A DNA stretch of 46,925 bases from Promethearchaeota archaeon (GTDB lineage Archaea; Asgardarchaeota; Lokiarchaeia; Sigyniarchaeales; SOKP01): contig JABCSY010000020.1 in assembly GCA_018238625.1 (NCBI GenBank), positions 1 through 46,925 of the forward strand, written 5' to 3'. Both the position numbers and the translations under genes were made by a program. Below the pieces are notes generated by a model that saw nothing but the letters and a program-made list of their open reading frames with translations, did no database searches and was not told where the DNA came from. Positions within the stretch are counted from its first letter, which is position 1. Each line of letters begins with the position of its first letter. This document shows positions 32,143 through 41,548 of this stretch, in pieces.

Positions 32143-33453
32143 CTAATACTTGTTTTTCAATCTTTCCATAAAAGGTTCTACGCTTTTTTTGACTTGTTCT
32201 ACGTTTTCGCCGATCTTTTTGAAATTAATAACTATTGATGGTATATTTAGCTCCGTTTTCATTTTATCCTTTAATGTATCGTACGTTTTTGATATTGAAG
32301 GGCACCCAAATACCTGGTTGAAGATTAAACCATCTATGTTCATTCTTTTTGCTGCTGCTAAGTACGAATTCGTCATATTTTCTTTGTTGCATCCAATTCC
32401 TTTTGTCGATGCGTTCATTAGAAAACGAGAGTAATCTTCAACGGGGTCGGAATTTTTTGATAAAGGGATTTCTTCCAATAAACCTAGTAAGTCCCAATCA
32501 GCATATATTATCCTTCCACCCAATTTATAAATAATTTCGTGTACTTCAGGTTCCCACCCTTGGTACATTGGGGCAAATAACACCCTTGGCATGTGAGAAA
32601 CGTCCATTCCTATACCTTTCTTGATCCTTTCTCTCATTTCTTTAACTAATTGACTCATATTATTTAAGTATCTTTGGGCGTTAGAATTATAATCTTGAAA
32701 TGTTATTGTTAGAAGCGCTAGAATTTCCGCAAAGGATGCAGGATTACAAGGATAGAAATTTGAAGAGCTGATCTCATAAAGAATTGTTTTATAAAATCGC
32801 TTTACCTGATTTCCTATTCGGAATTGTTTTTGTAAGCTATTATCTGTGACAAAGTTTCCTGTTATACCCTCTAGATCACTGATCGCCCTTTTTACGCTAT
32901 TTACCATTTGTTCTAGTGCTATATTCTCATTTTCTGGAGTTTTAGGAGGAACCTCAATCGTTATTTGATTAGGGACTGTTGTTTTTAACGATTCAGAAAA
33001 CTTATTCCATTCACCACAACGCATAGCGAAGTTAAGATTAGCGTCTAAGTTTTTCCCCTTTGATAAATGCATTCCATAAAGAGCGTTAATTCCATAGCAC
33101 AATTCAGAAGGAACGCCATCGTTAACGCCTAATTCGTACATTTCATTATATTTACTATGAATAGATGTAATAACATCTTCAAGAATTTTATCGACTATTT
33201 TTAATACGTCAAATTGACGAGCTAAATCTAGAAATTTTGAAGTTAAACTCCAACCTAACACGCTGGTGGCAGAATTTAACATCATTAAGTACTTATTAAC
33301 CTCAAATGATTCCATCCGAATTGGAAAAACTGGAATCCCCCCAACTGCAAAAGCTAAATCGGGGAATCCTAAAGCGACTGAAATTAATTTTTTCCTTTCT
33401 TTAAACTTTTTCTTCTTTAGATACTCTCTGCCTGTTAAAAAATTATAAGCCAT
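32143..33453 (-). CDS. 2-hydroxyacyl-CoA dehydratase subunit-like (HgdA/B, BcrB/C family)
   Basis: ELCYG, MRCGE, IDGLIFNQVFGC, ELNIPSIVI and terminal EPFMERL pattern. Confidence 0.75.
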   Translation of the reverse strand: MAYNFLTGREYLKKKKFKERKKLISVALGFPDLAFAVGGIPVFPIRMESFEVNKYLMMLNSATSVLGWSLTSKFLDLARQFDVLKIVDKILEDVITSIHSKYNEMYELGVNDGVPSELCYGINALYGMHLSKGKNLDANLNFAMRCGEWNKFSESLKTTVPNQITIEVPPKTPENENIALEQMVNSVKRAISDLEGITGNFVTDNSLQKQFRIGNQVKRFYKTILYEISSSNFYPCNPASFAEILALLTITFQDYNSNAQRYLNNMSQLVKEMRERIKKGIGMDVSHMPRVLFAPMYQGWEPEVHEIIYKLGGRIIYADWDLLGLLEEIPLSKNSDPVEDYSRFLMNASTKGIGCNKENMTNSYLAAAKRMNIDGLIFNQVFGCPSISKTYDTLKDKMKTELNIPSIVINFKKIGENVEQVKKSVEPFMERLKNKY

Positions 33454-33667
33454 TTTTAAAACTGAAGTAAAAGAAACGACATCGTCAGCGTATAGGCTCG
33501 TTTTAGGACCATCTCATGTTGCTGTTATAATTTATAATTTTTTAGGACTACAATTTAAAGTTAGTTATTTAAATATAATAAAATTTATGAGGTAATTAGA
33601 TAAACTATCAATATTTATTATTGGTTATGGAAATAAAATTTATTCTTCAAAGGATCAAAATATTTAA

Positions 33668-35194
33668 TTAAATCTCGTAAATGGATGTAATTCCGAGATT
33701 TACAATTGTTTCTTCAGTAGGATTGAATTTAGATTGAAAGATCCTCCAATAATAGAGTTCTTCCTTAGACCGTAAGATGATATTTTTTGATATTTCTTTC
33801 TCAGCGTAGAATTCATCATCAGATATTTGTTTTTCAATATAATCTCGAAGTAGAAATTGAGTTCCTGCGCCAAAAGAAAATTTGTCTTTTTTCCGCCAAA
33901 TGAATTCCTCAGGTATCTCGTCTTCAAAAGCTTTTCTCAAAATCCATTTCTTTGCAACATTTCCATCTTTCTTTAGGATTTTTAATTCTGGAGGTATTTT
34001 AAAAGATAATTCTACTAACCTAATATCAAATAGCGGAGCTCTTGCTTCGATTGAAAATTTATAGGGAATTCTGTCTACCCTTTGTAACCCCGTCTTATGT
34101 TCTACTTTAATTAAATCCAATAATTCATTATTGAACGACTTAGGCGTTTGGTATTTTGTTAAATATTCATAACCTCCAAATAGCTCATCCCCACCTTCTC
34201 CGGTTAATACAACGCCGAAATGATCGTGGGACTTTATCCTTTCAGATAAAATATACATGGGAACAGAACTTCGAATTAAAGCAGCATCGAATGTTTCTAA
34301 AGCATAGATAACTTCGGGTAAAATATCTAAAAGATCCTCTAAACTAACTTCAAACCAATCATGGTTCAAATCATACATTTTAGCATATTTTTTCGCATAA
34401 AACAAGTCTTTTGAACCTTCAGTCCCTACTGTAAACACATTCAGATCATCAATATATTGCTTTGCTACGTGGACGATTATGTTCGAATCAAGTCCTCCAC
34501 TTAAGAGTGCACAAGTGTTTTGATTTATATTTATGTTATCTTTTATTACCAATTTTACGAGGTTATTAATGTTGCTTAATAAATTTTTAATATATTTTTT
34601 ACTTAATTTGTATTTTACAACAAAATTAGGATAAGAATAGAGCTTTTTAATTTTACTTGATGAAGAGACTAAAAATCCGGGTAATACTGGATTTATTATT
34701 CCTTCAAGAGGTGCCAATGCTTTTAATTCGGAAGAAAACGCAAATATATCTTCTGTCTCACAAAAGTATAATGGTTTAGCGCCAACTGGGTCTTTAAAAC
34801 CAAATAATTCAGTACCATCAAAAAAAACTCCGCTATAAGAGCCGATTAATTGCGTGAATATTTCCGAACCTTTCTCCTTAAAGTTTTTAATTAGGAGATT
34901 AATATCTACATCTTGGAGTTCATAATTGTAACCTTCGGACTTTATTTGTAAAAATGTATCTAAATTATATATTTGACCATCTACGGCAAATAATTGGTTC
35001 CTTTCTTTATCATAACAAAATAATGTTGTATGATTTTTTTGGTGAAAGAATATTTCAATAGGATAACTTTCAATTCCAATGGTCCTAAGTGGTCCTCGAT
35101 GTTTTAATTTAAGGGCACACTCAGCAATTCTTTTCCTCTCTTCTTCATTCAATACTTTTTTCTTATATACAGCAAAAATGCCTGCCAATGTCAT
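33668..35194 (-). CDS. asnB: Asparagine synthetase B-like protein lacking the N-terminal catalytic Cys
   Basis: HRGP, GQIYN, KPLY, LLSGGLDS, TGEGGDELFGGY, EARAPL; N-terminus is MTLAGI rather than MCGI. Confidence 0.85.
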   Translation of the reverse strand: MTLAGIFAVYKKKVLNEEERKRIAECALKLKHRGPLRTIGIESYPIEIFFHQKNHTTLFCYDKERNQLFAVDGQIYNLDTFLQIKSEGYNYELQDVDINLLIKNFKEKGSEIFTQLIGSYSGVFFDGTELFGFKDPVGAKPLYFCETEDIFAFSSELKALAPLEGIINPVLPGFLVSSSSKIKKLYSYPNFVVKYKLSKKYIKNLLSNINNLVKLVIKDNININQNTCALLSGGLDSNIIVHVAKQYIDDLNVFTVGTEGSKDLFYAKKYAKMYDLNHDWFEVSLEDLLDILPEVIYALETFDAALIRSSVPMYILSERIKSHDHFGVVLTGEGGDELFGGYEYLTKYQTPKSFNNELLDLIKVEHKTGLQRVDRIPYKFSIEARAPLFDIRLVELSFKIPPELKILKKDGNVAKKWILRKAFEDEIPEEFIWRKKDKFSFGAGTQFLLRDYIEKQISDDEFYAEKEISKNIILRSKEELYYWRIFQSKFNPTEETIVNLGITSIYEI

Positions 35195-35286
35195 TCACAT
35201 CTCGTATAATTATTTCTTCTTGATTGTTCTTTTAATTTTCAACTCTGTACGAAAATGAGTTTAATACATTTTTTTTTAAAACGTTC

Positions 35287-35365
35287 AAGGATGACGTTCC
35301 CTTTTTCAGATTAATCTGAGAAGAAGGGATTTAATCTCCTTCACATTAATTTCGTGGGATTAAAT
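35287..35365. other. Nested inverted repeats / long hairpin at the composition boundary
   Basis: Perfect palindrome TCAGATTAATCTGA (35306-35319) inside TCCCTT/AAGGGA and AAGGA/TCCTT arms; second pair ATTTAATC/GATTAAAT. Confidence 0.55.
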
Positions 35366-35390
35366 GATTATAATAACAAGTCAACTATTT

Positions 35391-35633
35391 TCATAATTTC
35401 CTAACTAAAATGTTATTTGTGCTACTAAGAATCTCGATTTTAGGCCTTTTTTGTATCTCTACGATGAGATTAACTTGATTCTTTATGGTTCTCCAATTAG
35501 ATTTAGTTTCACGAGCTAAATTGCTAATTGTATGGAGTTTTCCATCTTCTAAGATATCAAAAATGCTATTTACTATTTCGATTAGTGTTTTCCGTTCTGT
35601 TTTAGATTTATTTATTTTGCTTATTCCTATCAC
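35391..35633 (-). CDS. Small winged-helix DNA-binding protein
   Basis: TISNLARETKSNWRTIKNQV HTH. The track's GTG lies within the AGGTGA RBS; possible ATA start at 35624. Confidence 0.7.
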   Translation of the reverse strand: MIGISKINKSKTERKTLIEIVNSIFDILEDGKLHTISNLARETKSNWRTIKNQVNLIVEIQKRPKIEILSSTNNILVRKL

Positions 35634-36275
35634 CTAATGAATAGAATATATTTCTAATTATTCATATTTACATAATAATGATATATCAATTGTATTAATT
35701 AAATAAACATTTAATTTAATATAAGCGTTATATATAATTAAATAAACATTATATTTAAATACATAGATTCATTATAAATATACATACCTGAGTCTTAAAA
35801 AGCTATGAATGTATTTTAAAATAAGAAATTCATCTATTTATAATATTAAAGTTGGATTGAACTAAAGAGGAAATACAAGGATCAGCTTCAATTAAGACTA
35901 TCTGAGAAAGAAAAAGAAGAATTACGGGAATAATTACAAGAGAGTTGAAGTAATTAAAGTTTTAAAACAAATTATAAATCTATTTATTGTTTTCTAAAAA
36001 ATTAATTATTTTAATTCTTTTTAATAAAATAGATATAAAAATGATTTGACATCCTTTAATCGCAATTGTTCCTTTAAATTAACCTGAATATCAAATGAGA
36101 TATTCAAACAGAAACAATATATTAAAACGTTGTAATATCCTAGAGTTTTTTAATTTGCTTACTCAAATTGGTTAATTTAATGAAATAGTTAATTGTAAAT
36201 TAAAAATAGTTAGCGATTAATATCATTAATTCGATTTAAGTTAAAATTAAAAAAGATTATTTCAATGGCGATGAA

Positions 36276-36542
36276 ATGAATAAGCAAGAAAATTTTACAA
36301 AAAGAGTGTATGAAATTGTATCTGAGTTAAAACTTCCCTTAGTAGATGATAAAGTTCAAGATAGCGCTAAATTTAAATCAAATAACGCGATTGTTATGGT
36401 AAAATTCGTTTTTGAAGAAGATGAAGCAGTAATACGTGGTTTTCTCAGTTTAGCTGAGTATTTTCACACTGTAATTATAAAAAAAAAAGATAAATTTTAC
36501 ATACCTCATGACTATAAATTGTTTACTTTGAAAAGTATTTAA
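36276..36542 (+). CDS. Hypothetical protein
   Basis: 88-aa ORF with ATG and protein-like composition. Confidence 0.65.
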   Translation: MNKQENFTKRVYEIVSELKLPLVDDKVQDSAKFKSNNAIVMVKFVFEEDEAVIRGFLSLAEYFHTVIIKKKDKFYIPHDYKLFTLKSI

Positions 36543-36644
36543 TAATCCTTTTGTCATTTTACTAAATCTTTTCGAGGTTAAACAAAATCGAAATTAAAAT
36601 TTCAAAAATTATGATAAATTTGTTAAAAATATGTAAAGAAAATC

Positions 36645-36914
36645 GTGATTAAAATGCATAAATATTATTGTAAAAAATGTAATAAATATCATTATCGAGG
36701 TAAAATCTATAAAGAACATTCGGATTATAAAAAAGAAGAATTTAATAAAGACAACTATCCCGATGTTGAAAATATAAAGATAAATCTCGACACACTTAGA
36801 CCAATTGCTAAACGACAGCTGCGCAGGTTGTTAAAAAAAATGGAATCATCTAGCAATCATGATCTTTATAAAAATGAAATTATTAAATTAATAAGAAATG
36901 AAAAGAGGCGGTAA
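36645..36914 (+). CDS. Small protein with N-terminal CxxCxxxH...H zinc-finger-like motif
   Basis: YYCKKCNKYHYRGKIYKEH; stop is 2 nt before the TBP start. Confidence 0.7.
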   Translation: MIKMHKYYCKKCNKYHYRGKIYKEHSDYKKEEFNKDNYPDVENIKINLDTLRPIAKRQLRRLLKKMESSSNHDLYKNEIIKLIRNEKRR

Positions 36915-36916
36915 TA

Positions 36917-37540
36917 ATGGCAGATGCAAATAATTTTCAAGAAGTAAATGAAATTAAATTAGATTTTAAAATAAATAATATTGTAGCAACAGCAAAACTA
37001 GATATTATTGAAAAATTAGATCTTGTTAAATTATCGCGAAAATTACATGATGCTGAATATCAACCAAAAAGATTTCCTGGAGTCATCTTTGGGCAAGATA
37101 ATCCTCGAGCTACATTTTTAATTTTTTCAACGGGTAATATGGTGGTCACCGGATTTAAAATTGCAGAAGATGCAGAGAAAGTAGTTAATAAATTATTAAA
37201 AAAGGTAAAAAAGATTGGGATTAAATCATCTAATCCCGAAATTATTATTCAAAATATTGTTGCAAATGGTGATTTACATGCACTTATAAATTTAAATAAA
37301 GCAATATTACTAATGAAATATCTTATGTACGAACCTGAAGTCTTTCCAGGGTTAATTTATTATATGAAAGATCCCCGCGCAGTATTTCTACTATTTTCTA
37401 CTGGTAAATTTGTTTGTACAGGGATAAAAGAGAAGAAAATTTTAAAAAAAGCTGTTTTAAAGTTAAAACGAGAGATTAATAATATGGATGTAACTAGTGA
37501 AAAAGTTATCGAAGATGAATTTGAGTTAACATTTCTATAA
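36917..37540 (+). CDS. tbp: TATA-box binding protein
   Basis: Two repeats: NIVA...YQPKRFPG...LIFSTGNMVVTG and NIVA...YEPEVFPG...LLFSTGKFVCTG. Confidence 0.97.
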   Translation: MADANNFQEVNEIKLDFKINNIVATAKLDIIEKLDLVKLSRKLHDAEYQPKRFPGVIFGQDNPRATFLIFSTGNMVVTGFKIAEDAEKVVNKLLKKVKKIGIKSSNPEIIIQNIVANGDLHALINLNKAILLMKYLMYEPEVFPGLIYYMKDPRAVFLLFSTGKFVCTGIKEKKILKKAVLKLKREINNMDVTSEKVIEDEFELTFL

Positions 37541-37579
37541 AAAATAAGTATCTATAAAAAATGTGAAAATTGAATAAAA

Positions 37580-37795
37580 ATGGTTAAATTCTGTGAAAAG
37601 TGTGGGGGAATGATGCGTCCATCTAAAGATAAGGATCAAAAAATTCTTGTATGTAATTCATGTGCTCAAATTAAACCCTTAAAAGAGGATTATATTGATT
37701 TTTATACAATTCATAAAGAAATATATCATCCCCCCGGAGAAGAATTCAAAAATTTAGAAAAAATGAAAGACTGGAAAAATTCTAAAGAAAAGTAA
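37580..37795 (+). CDS. RpoM/TFS-type N-terminal zinc ribbon protein, C-terminal ribbon absent
   Basis: MVKFCEKCGGMM...LVCNSC; no second ribbon and no RSADE motif. Confidence 0.8.
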   Translation: MVKFCEKCGGMMRPSKDKDQKILVCNSCAQIKPLKEDYIDFYTIHKEIYHPPGEEFKNLEKMKDWKNSKEK

Positions 37796-37820
37796 ATTCC
37801 CAGAAAATATCCCTTTTTTA

Positions 37821-38351
37821 ATGTATAAATTTCAGGTTTTAAAATATATGAGATTAATATCTTGGAAAAAAGTAAAATCATGGAAATGTATCGCATGTGG
37901 AGAATGTTGTAACTGTTTTAATGTCCCCTTGAAATCTATTGAATATGCTAGAATGATTAAAATCTTTGGGAATGAAATTTTTGATTTAAACATAAATCCA
38001 GTTAAGATTTTTCTTAAACGAAGAGAAAATGGGAGTTGTATTTTTCAATATTATTTATATGGAAAATGGATTTGTGTAATACAACAAATCAAACCTATAG
38101 TATGTAAAATTTTTCCATTTTCAATTTCTAAATCAAGTAATAAAAAAGCGCTCTATAAGTATAAAGGAAACCTATATAATATTTATTTAGAAAGGAGCTG
38201 TAAAGGAATAAAATTAGGAAAACCTTCTAATGAGTTTATCTATAAGATATTACCTAAAGCGATTGAGTTGAGTCTAAATCCAGAAAAGTCACACCATATA
38301 TTAACATCTCAGTTATTATTAGATCCTTTAAATCAAAATTTTTTAAATTAA
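37821..38351 (+). CDS. YkgJ-family (CxxCxxCC) cysteine-cluster protein
   Basis: CIACGECC, CIF, CVIQQIKPIVCKIFPF, CKGI. Confidence 0.85.
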   Translation: MYKFQVLKYMRLISWKKVKSWKCIACGECCNCFNVPLKSIEYARMIKIFGNEIFDLNINPVKIFLKRRENGSCIFQYYLYGKWICVIQQIKPIVCKIFPFSISKSSNKKALYKYKGNLYNIYLERSCKGIKLGKPSNEFIYKILPKAIELSLNPEKSHHILTSQLLLDPLNQNFLN

Positions 38352-38392
38352 ATCACTTTAAAGAGAATTTAATAATAACTATATACAATTAT

Positions 38393-38450
38393 AGAATTAA
38401 CAGAATTAACAGAATTAACAGAATTAACAGAATTAACAGAATTAACAGAA
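38393..38450. repeat. Perfect 9-bp tandem repeat (AGAATTAAC) x6 plus AGAA
   Basis: Read directly from the sequence. Confidence 0.97.
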
Positions 38451-38462
38451 AATAATAAGTAG

Positions 38463-38660
38463 ATGAAAAATTTGACAGACAGAAAAGAAATAAAGAGAAG
38501 AAGAGAAAAATTGAAGATTAAAATAGTCTCAAAAATAAAAAATCGTTCTAAAAAAAAGAATGTTTTAAATGAGATATCAAAAGATATAGAAAAAATCAAA
38601 CTTGAACCTGAAAATTTGATATTAATAGAATATATTGACAAAAAAATATCAAATCCATAG
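38463..38660 (+). CDS. Small basic hypothetical protein
   Basis: 65-aa Lys-rich ORF on the same strand as its neighbours. Confidence 0.4.
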   Translation: MKNLTDRKEIKRRREKLKIKIVSKIKNRSKKKNVLNEISKDIEKIKLEPENLILIEYIDKKISNP

Positions 38661-38713
38661 TTATTTTGATTAATATTTAATGAAAAATGAAAAAATAAAA
38701 GAGGTGAAATGAT

Positions 38714-39376
38714 ATTAATAACTTTAAAAATAAAAATTCCTTTCCATTAATAGGCGATAAATTTCCAGAGATGGAAGTAATAACAACCCACGGTAAAAAG
38801 AGATTACCAAGGGATTTTAAAAAACAGTGGTTTGTATTATTTAGTCATCCCGCAGATTTTACACCAGTTAGTACTACTGAATTTGTAGCTTTTGCAAAGC
38901 GATATGAAGAGTTCCAAAAAATTGATTGTAAATTAATAGGGCTCTCCATAGATCAAGTTTTTTCACATATAAAATGGGTAGAATGGATTAAGGAAAAATT
39001 AGATATAAAAATACCTTTTCCAATAATCGCAGATAACGGTGATGTAGCCACTAAACTGGGTATGACACATCCTAGTAAAGGACCTAATACTGTTAGAGCT
39101 GTCTTTATTGTTGATCCAAATGGAACAATTAGGTTGATTCTCTTATATCCACAAGAGCTTGGTCGAAACATAGATGAAATTATTAGAATTGTTAAAGCGC
39201 TGAAAATTGCGGATCAAGAGAATATAATAATTCCAGCAAATTGGCCAGATAATGAATTAATTGGACAGCAAGTTATAATACCACCACCAACCGATGAAGA
39301 AACAGCAGAACAAAGATCTAAGGAATTTAAATGTTATGATTGGTGGTTTTGTTATAAATCGTTAGAAGATGGTTAA
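38714..39376 (+). CDS. Archaeal Prx6-type peroxiredoxin with peroxidatic Cys replaced by Ser
   Basis: [32 protein letters not shown]. Conserved PLIGDKFPE lies upstream of the track's ATG at 38771; start inferred at ATT 38714. Confidence 0.9.
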   Translation: MNNFKNKNSFPLIGDKFPEMEVITTHGKKRLPRDFKKQWFVLFSHPADFTPVSTTEFVAFAKRYEEFQKIDCKLIGLSIDQVFSHIKWVEWIKEKLDIKIPFPIIADNGDVATKLGMTHPSKGPNTVRAVFIVDPNGTIRLILLYPQELGRNIDEIIRIVKALKIADQENIIIPANWPDNELIGQQVIIPPPTDEETAEQRSKEFKCYDWWFCYKSLEDG

Positions 39377-39468
39377 AAACTAATTTTTTTTTAATTTACT
39401 TTTTTTCAGAAATTTATTTTGATGAATAATCTATTATTAAGATTAATTAAGAAAACTCTAATTATAAT

Positions 39469-40107
39469 TTAAATATTTAATGCTTTTTTCAAGATGTTTT
39501 TATTAGATTTTGGATAATATTGGGAATATTTTAATATCTTTTCCTCAAGAATTCCATCCAATACCAATAATTTAGAGAGCTTAATTAATATTATTTTTTC
39601 ATTTGTATGATTATATTCCCACAAATAAATTAAATCTAAAATTGTTTTTTCGAGATCTGAATATTTAACCTTTTTATTTATCGTTCCAAATTTAAAGAAA
39701 GCATTTTTAACCTTTAAAAACCTAAATTTTTTCCCCAAAATCTCTATTGGCTTGTTTATTAAAAATCTATCATTTATTATGTATAAATATTCATCTTGAT
39801 TTTCATAATCGATATTTAGTAATTCAAATGCAGTATATAGCCCATAATACCAATTTTTAACATGTTTCTGTTTTAACGCTTTTGCTACAAGTTCTAGAAT
39901 AGGATATTTTAGTGTATTCTTGCGAATTTCATCAATAGTTTTTACATAATAAATGTTATCTAAGACATTTACCAAATATCCTCGAGAAATTAAATAATTG
40001 CTAATAACCCTATGATTATAATATAACTCTTTAGAATACTTTTTTAATTCTTCATAAGATATAAATTCTTTATTATCTTGCCTTATCTTTTTTAGAACAC
40101 GAATCAT
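39469..40107 (-). CDS. AbiEi-like (type IV TA antitoxin-type) transcriptional regulator
   Basis: N-terminal wHTH (YLISRGYL...IYYV), WYYGLYTA, YSDLEKTILD. Confidence 0.7.
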   Translation of the reverse strand: MIRVLKKIRQDNKEFISYEELKKYSKELYYNHRVISNYLISRGYLVNVLDNIYYVKTIDEIRKNTLKYPILELVAKALKQKHVKNWYYGLYTAFELLNIDYENQDEYLYIINDRFLINKPIEILGKKFRFLKVKNAFFKFGTINKKVKYSDLEKTILDLIYLWEYNHTNEKIILIKLSKLLVLDGILEEKILKYSQYYPKSNKNILKKALNI

Positions 40108-40126
40108 ATATTAATCTCCCTCAAAA

Positions 40127-40756
40127 TTATACAAATTTTTTTCTTCTAACATAAAATATAAAGTGGATTGAACCTTTCTTATTTTTTATTGGAATTTTTT
40201 TTTCTAAGGCAGGTTTTATAGTCTCTAATATACTAAATTTATCCCCTTTAGAATTCTGTGTATAAATAATTATACTTAATATCCCATATTGTCGCAGATA
40301 ATGTATATATAAAAACCTGATAGAAAGGTATCTTTTTTTTTTTCTTGCTTGAGAATAAATTTTATTAGCAATAACTAAATCAAACTTACCATTATAGTAA
40401 GTAAAATCAAGAAGTGATACTCCTTTAAAAACATTAAGAGTGTGAGTAGAATAGTTTTGTTGCTTATTATAGTGTTCAATAAAGGACTTCAATATCTCCT
40501 TTGATTTATTAGTAATATAGAATTGCGCATCTGGATAAATTATATGTAATTCTGGATAAATTCGTAATAGATCTTTTCCAATTATCAAGATCTTTTTTCT
40601 TTTTCTTTTTTTGTTTAGAGATAATTTTTTAATTAGATCTGTTAAAACTTGATATTGTTCAAATTCATTTATAATGATCTTATTATTATTTAAATCTAAT
40701 ATTTCTCCATTTTTTTCGGTTAAATGTTGAATATTAACTTTTCCATTTGAATTCAA
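40127..40756 (-). CDS. Hypothetical protein, degenerate class I SAM methyltransferase-like
   Basis: KILIIG, YPDAQF, GKFDLVIA, LRQYGILSI fit the MTase motif order, but there is no GxGxG. Confidence 0.5.
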   Translation of the reverse strand: MNSNGKVNIQHLTEKNGEILDLNNNKIIINEFEQYQVLTDLIKKLSLNKKRKRKKILIIGKDLLRIYPELHIIYPDAQFYITNKSKEILKSFIEHYNKQQNYSTHTLNVFKGVSLLDFTYYNGKFDLVIANKIYSQARKKKRYLSIRFLYIHYLRQYGILSIIIYTQNSKGDKFSILETIKPALEKKIPIKNKKGSIHFIFYVRRKKFV

Positions 40757-41198
40757 AAATTTTAAACACCTCTTTTAAATTTAAAATAAACTGCTAAATA
40801 TTAATGAACTTAATCTGAAAATTTGAACCTACTTTTCTGAATCTACAAAATCGATAAAAGATATATGCTCATAAGTGCTTTAGAAAGGTAAGAACATTTT
40901 CCGCCTTTTAAATCCAAAGTTTTAAATTTGGAAAATGTAAAATCTCTAGCTTTTTGAGATTTTTATAGAATTTTCAAATAATAATAATACTACAATACTT
41001 AAAAATATTTATGTTTTTATATCCAGCTCTATTTTTTAATCAATTCACTAAACTGATTTCCATTCTTAATTTTTTATTCTTATTTCTGAAAAAAGTTTTC
41101 GAAATCTATATAACATTAAGAATAGAATCCAAACAAATTGAAAATACTTAAAGTTGTATATCTTTTTTATGATTTTAACTAGATTAACTTCCACATTA

Positions 41199-41528
41199 TT
41201 AGTCTTCAATTATGATATTTTCTTTGGGAAAACCCTCTTTTATAAGAAATTTCTTTAGTCTAAAGCGGTGATCTCCTTGTAGTTCAATACCATTATCTTT
41301 GAATGTCCCTCCAGATGCACATTTTTTTTTAGCTTTAGTGCTGAGTTCATCTAAATCGATATTGAAATTACCAATAAATTTAATAATTGTAACCTTTTTA
41401 CCCCACCTTCGTTTTTCATTATATATCTTTATTTGTTGATCTTCAGCTTCTAGATTTTCACATATACATAATTCCTTTGGAAAACTACAAACCTTACAAA
41501 TATTTTCATCTTTAATTTCTGTTTTCAC
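41199..41528 (-). CDS. sui1: Translation initiation factor aIF1 (SUI1)
   Basis: CKVCSFPKELCICE, RRWGKKVTII, CASGGT, IELQGDHR. The track's GTG lies within the GAGGTG RBS; possible ATT start at 41516. Confidence 0.95.
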   Translation of the reverse strand: MKTEIKDENICKVCSFPKELCICENLEAEDQQIKIYNEKRRWGKKVTIIKFIGNFNIDLDELSTKAKKKCASGGTFKDNGIELQGDHRFRLKKFLIKEGFPKENIIIED

Positions 41529-41548
41529 CTCTTTAAAATTTAATTCAA

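Noticed and set aside
33460-33525. Hammerhead ribozyme, fluoride riboswitch, SECIS or Sec read-through upstream of the dehydratase
   Set aside because: CTGACGA, GAAAC and ATGA words are present but the required stems do not form; better explained as coding sequence
35287-35341. Eukaryote-like SECIS element
   Set aside because: ATGA on the 5' arm is opposed by TAAT rather than TGAN, and no selenoprotein candidate is adjacent
35848-35932. Open frame SWIELKRKYKDQLQLRLSEKEKEELRE
   Set aside because: No start codon or recognisable homology
38393-38450. Possible CRISPR array
   Set aside because: 9-bp units with no spacers and no cas genes
38369-38641. Minus-strand ORF with (SVN)n repeats
   Set aside because: Antisense of A-rich sequence plus the minisatellite; no RBS
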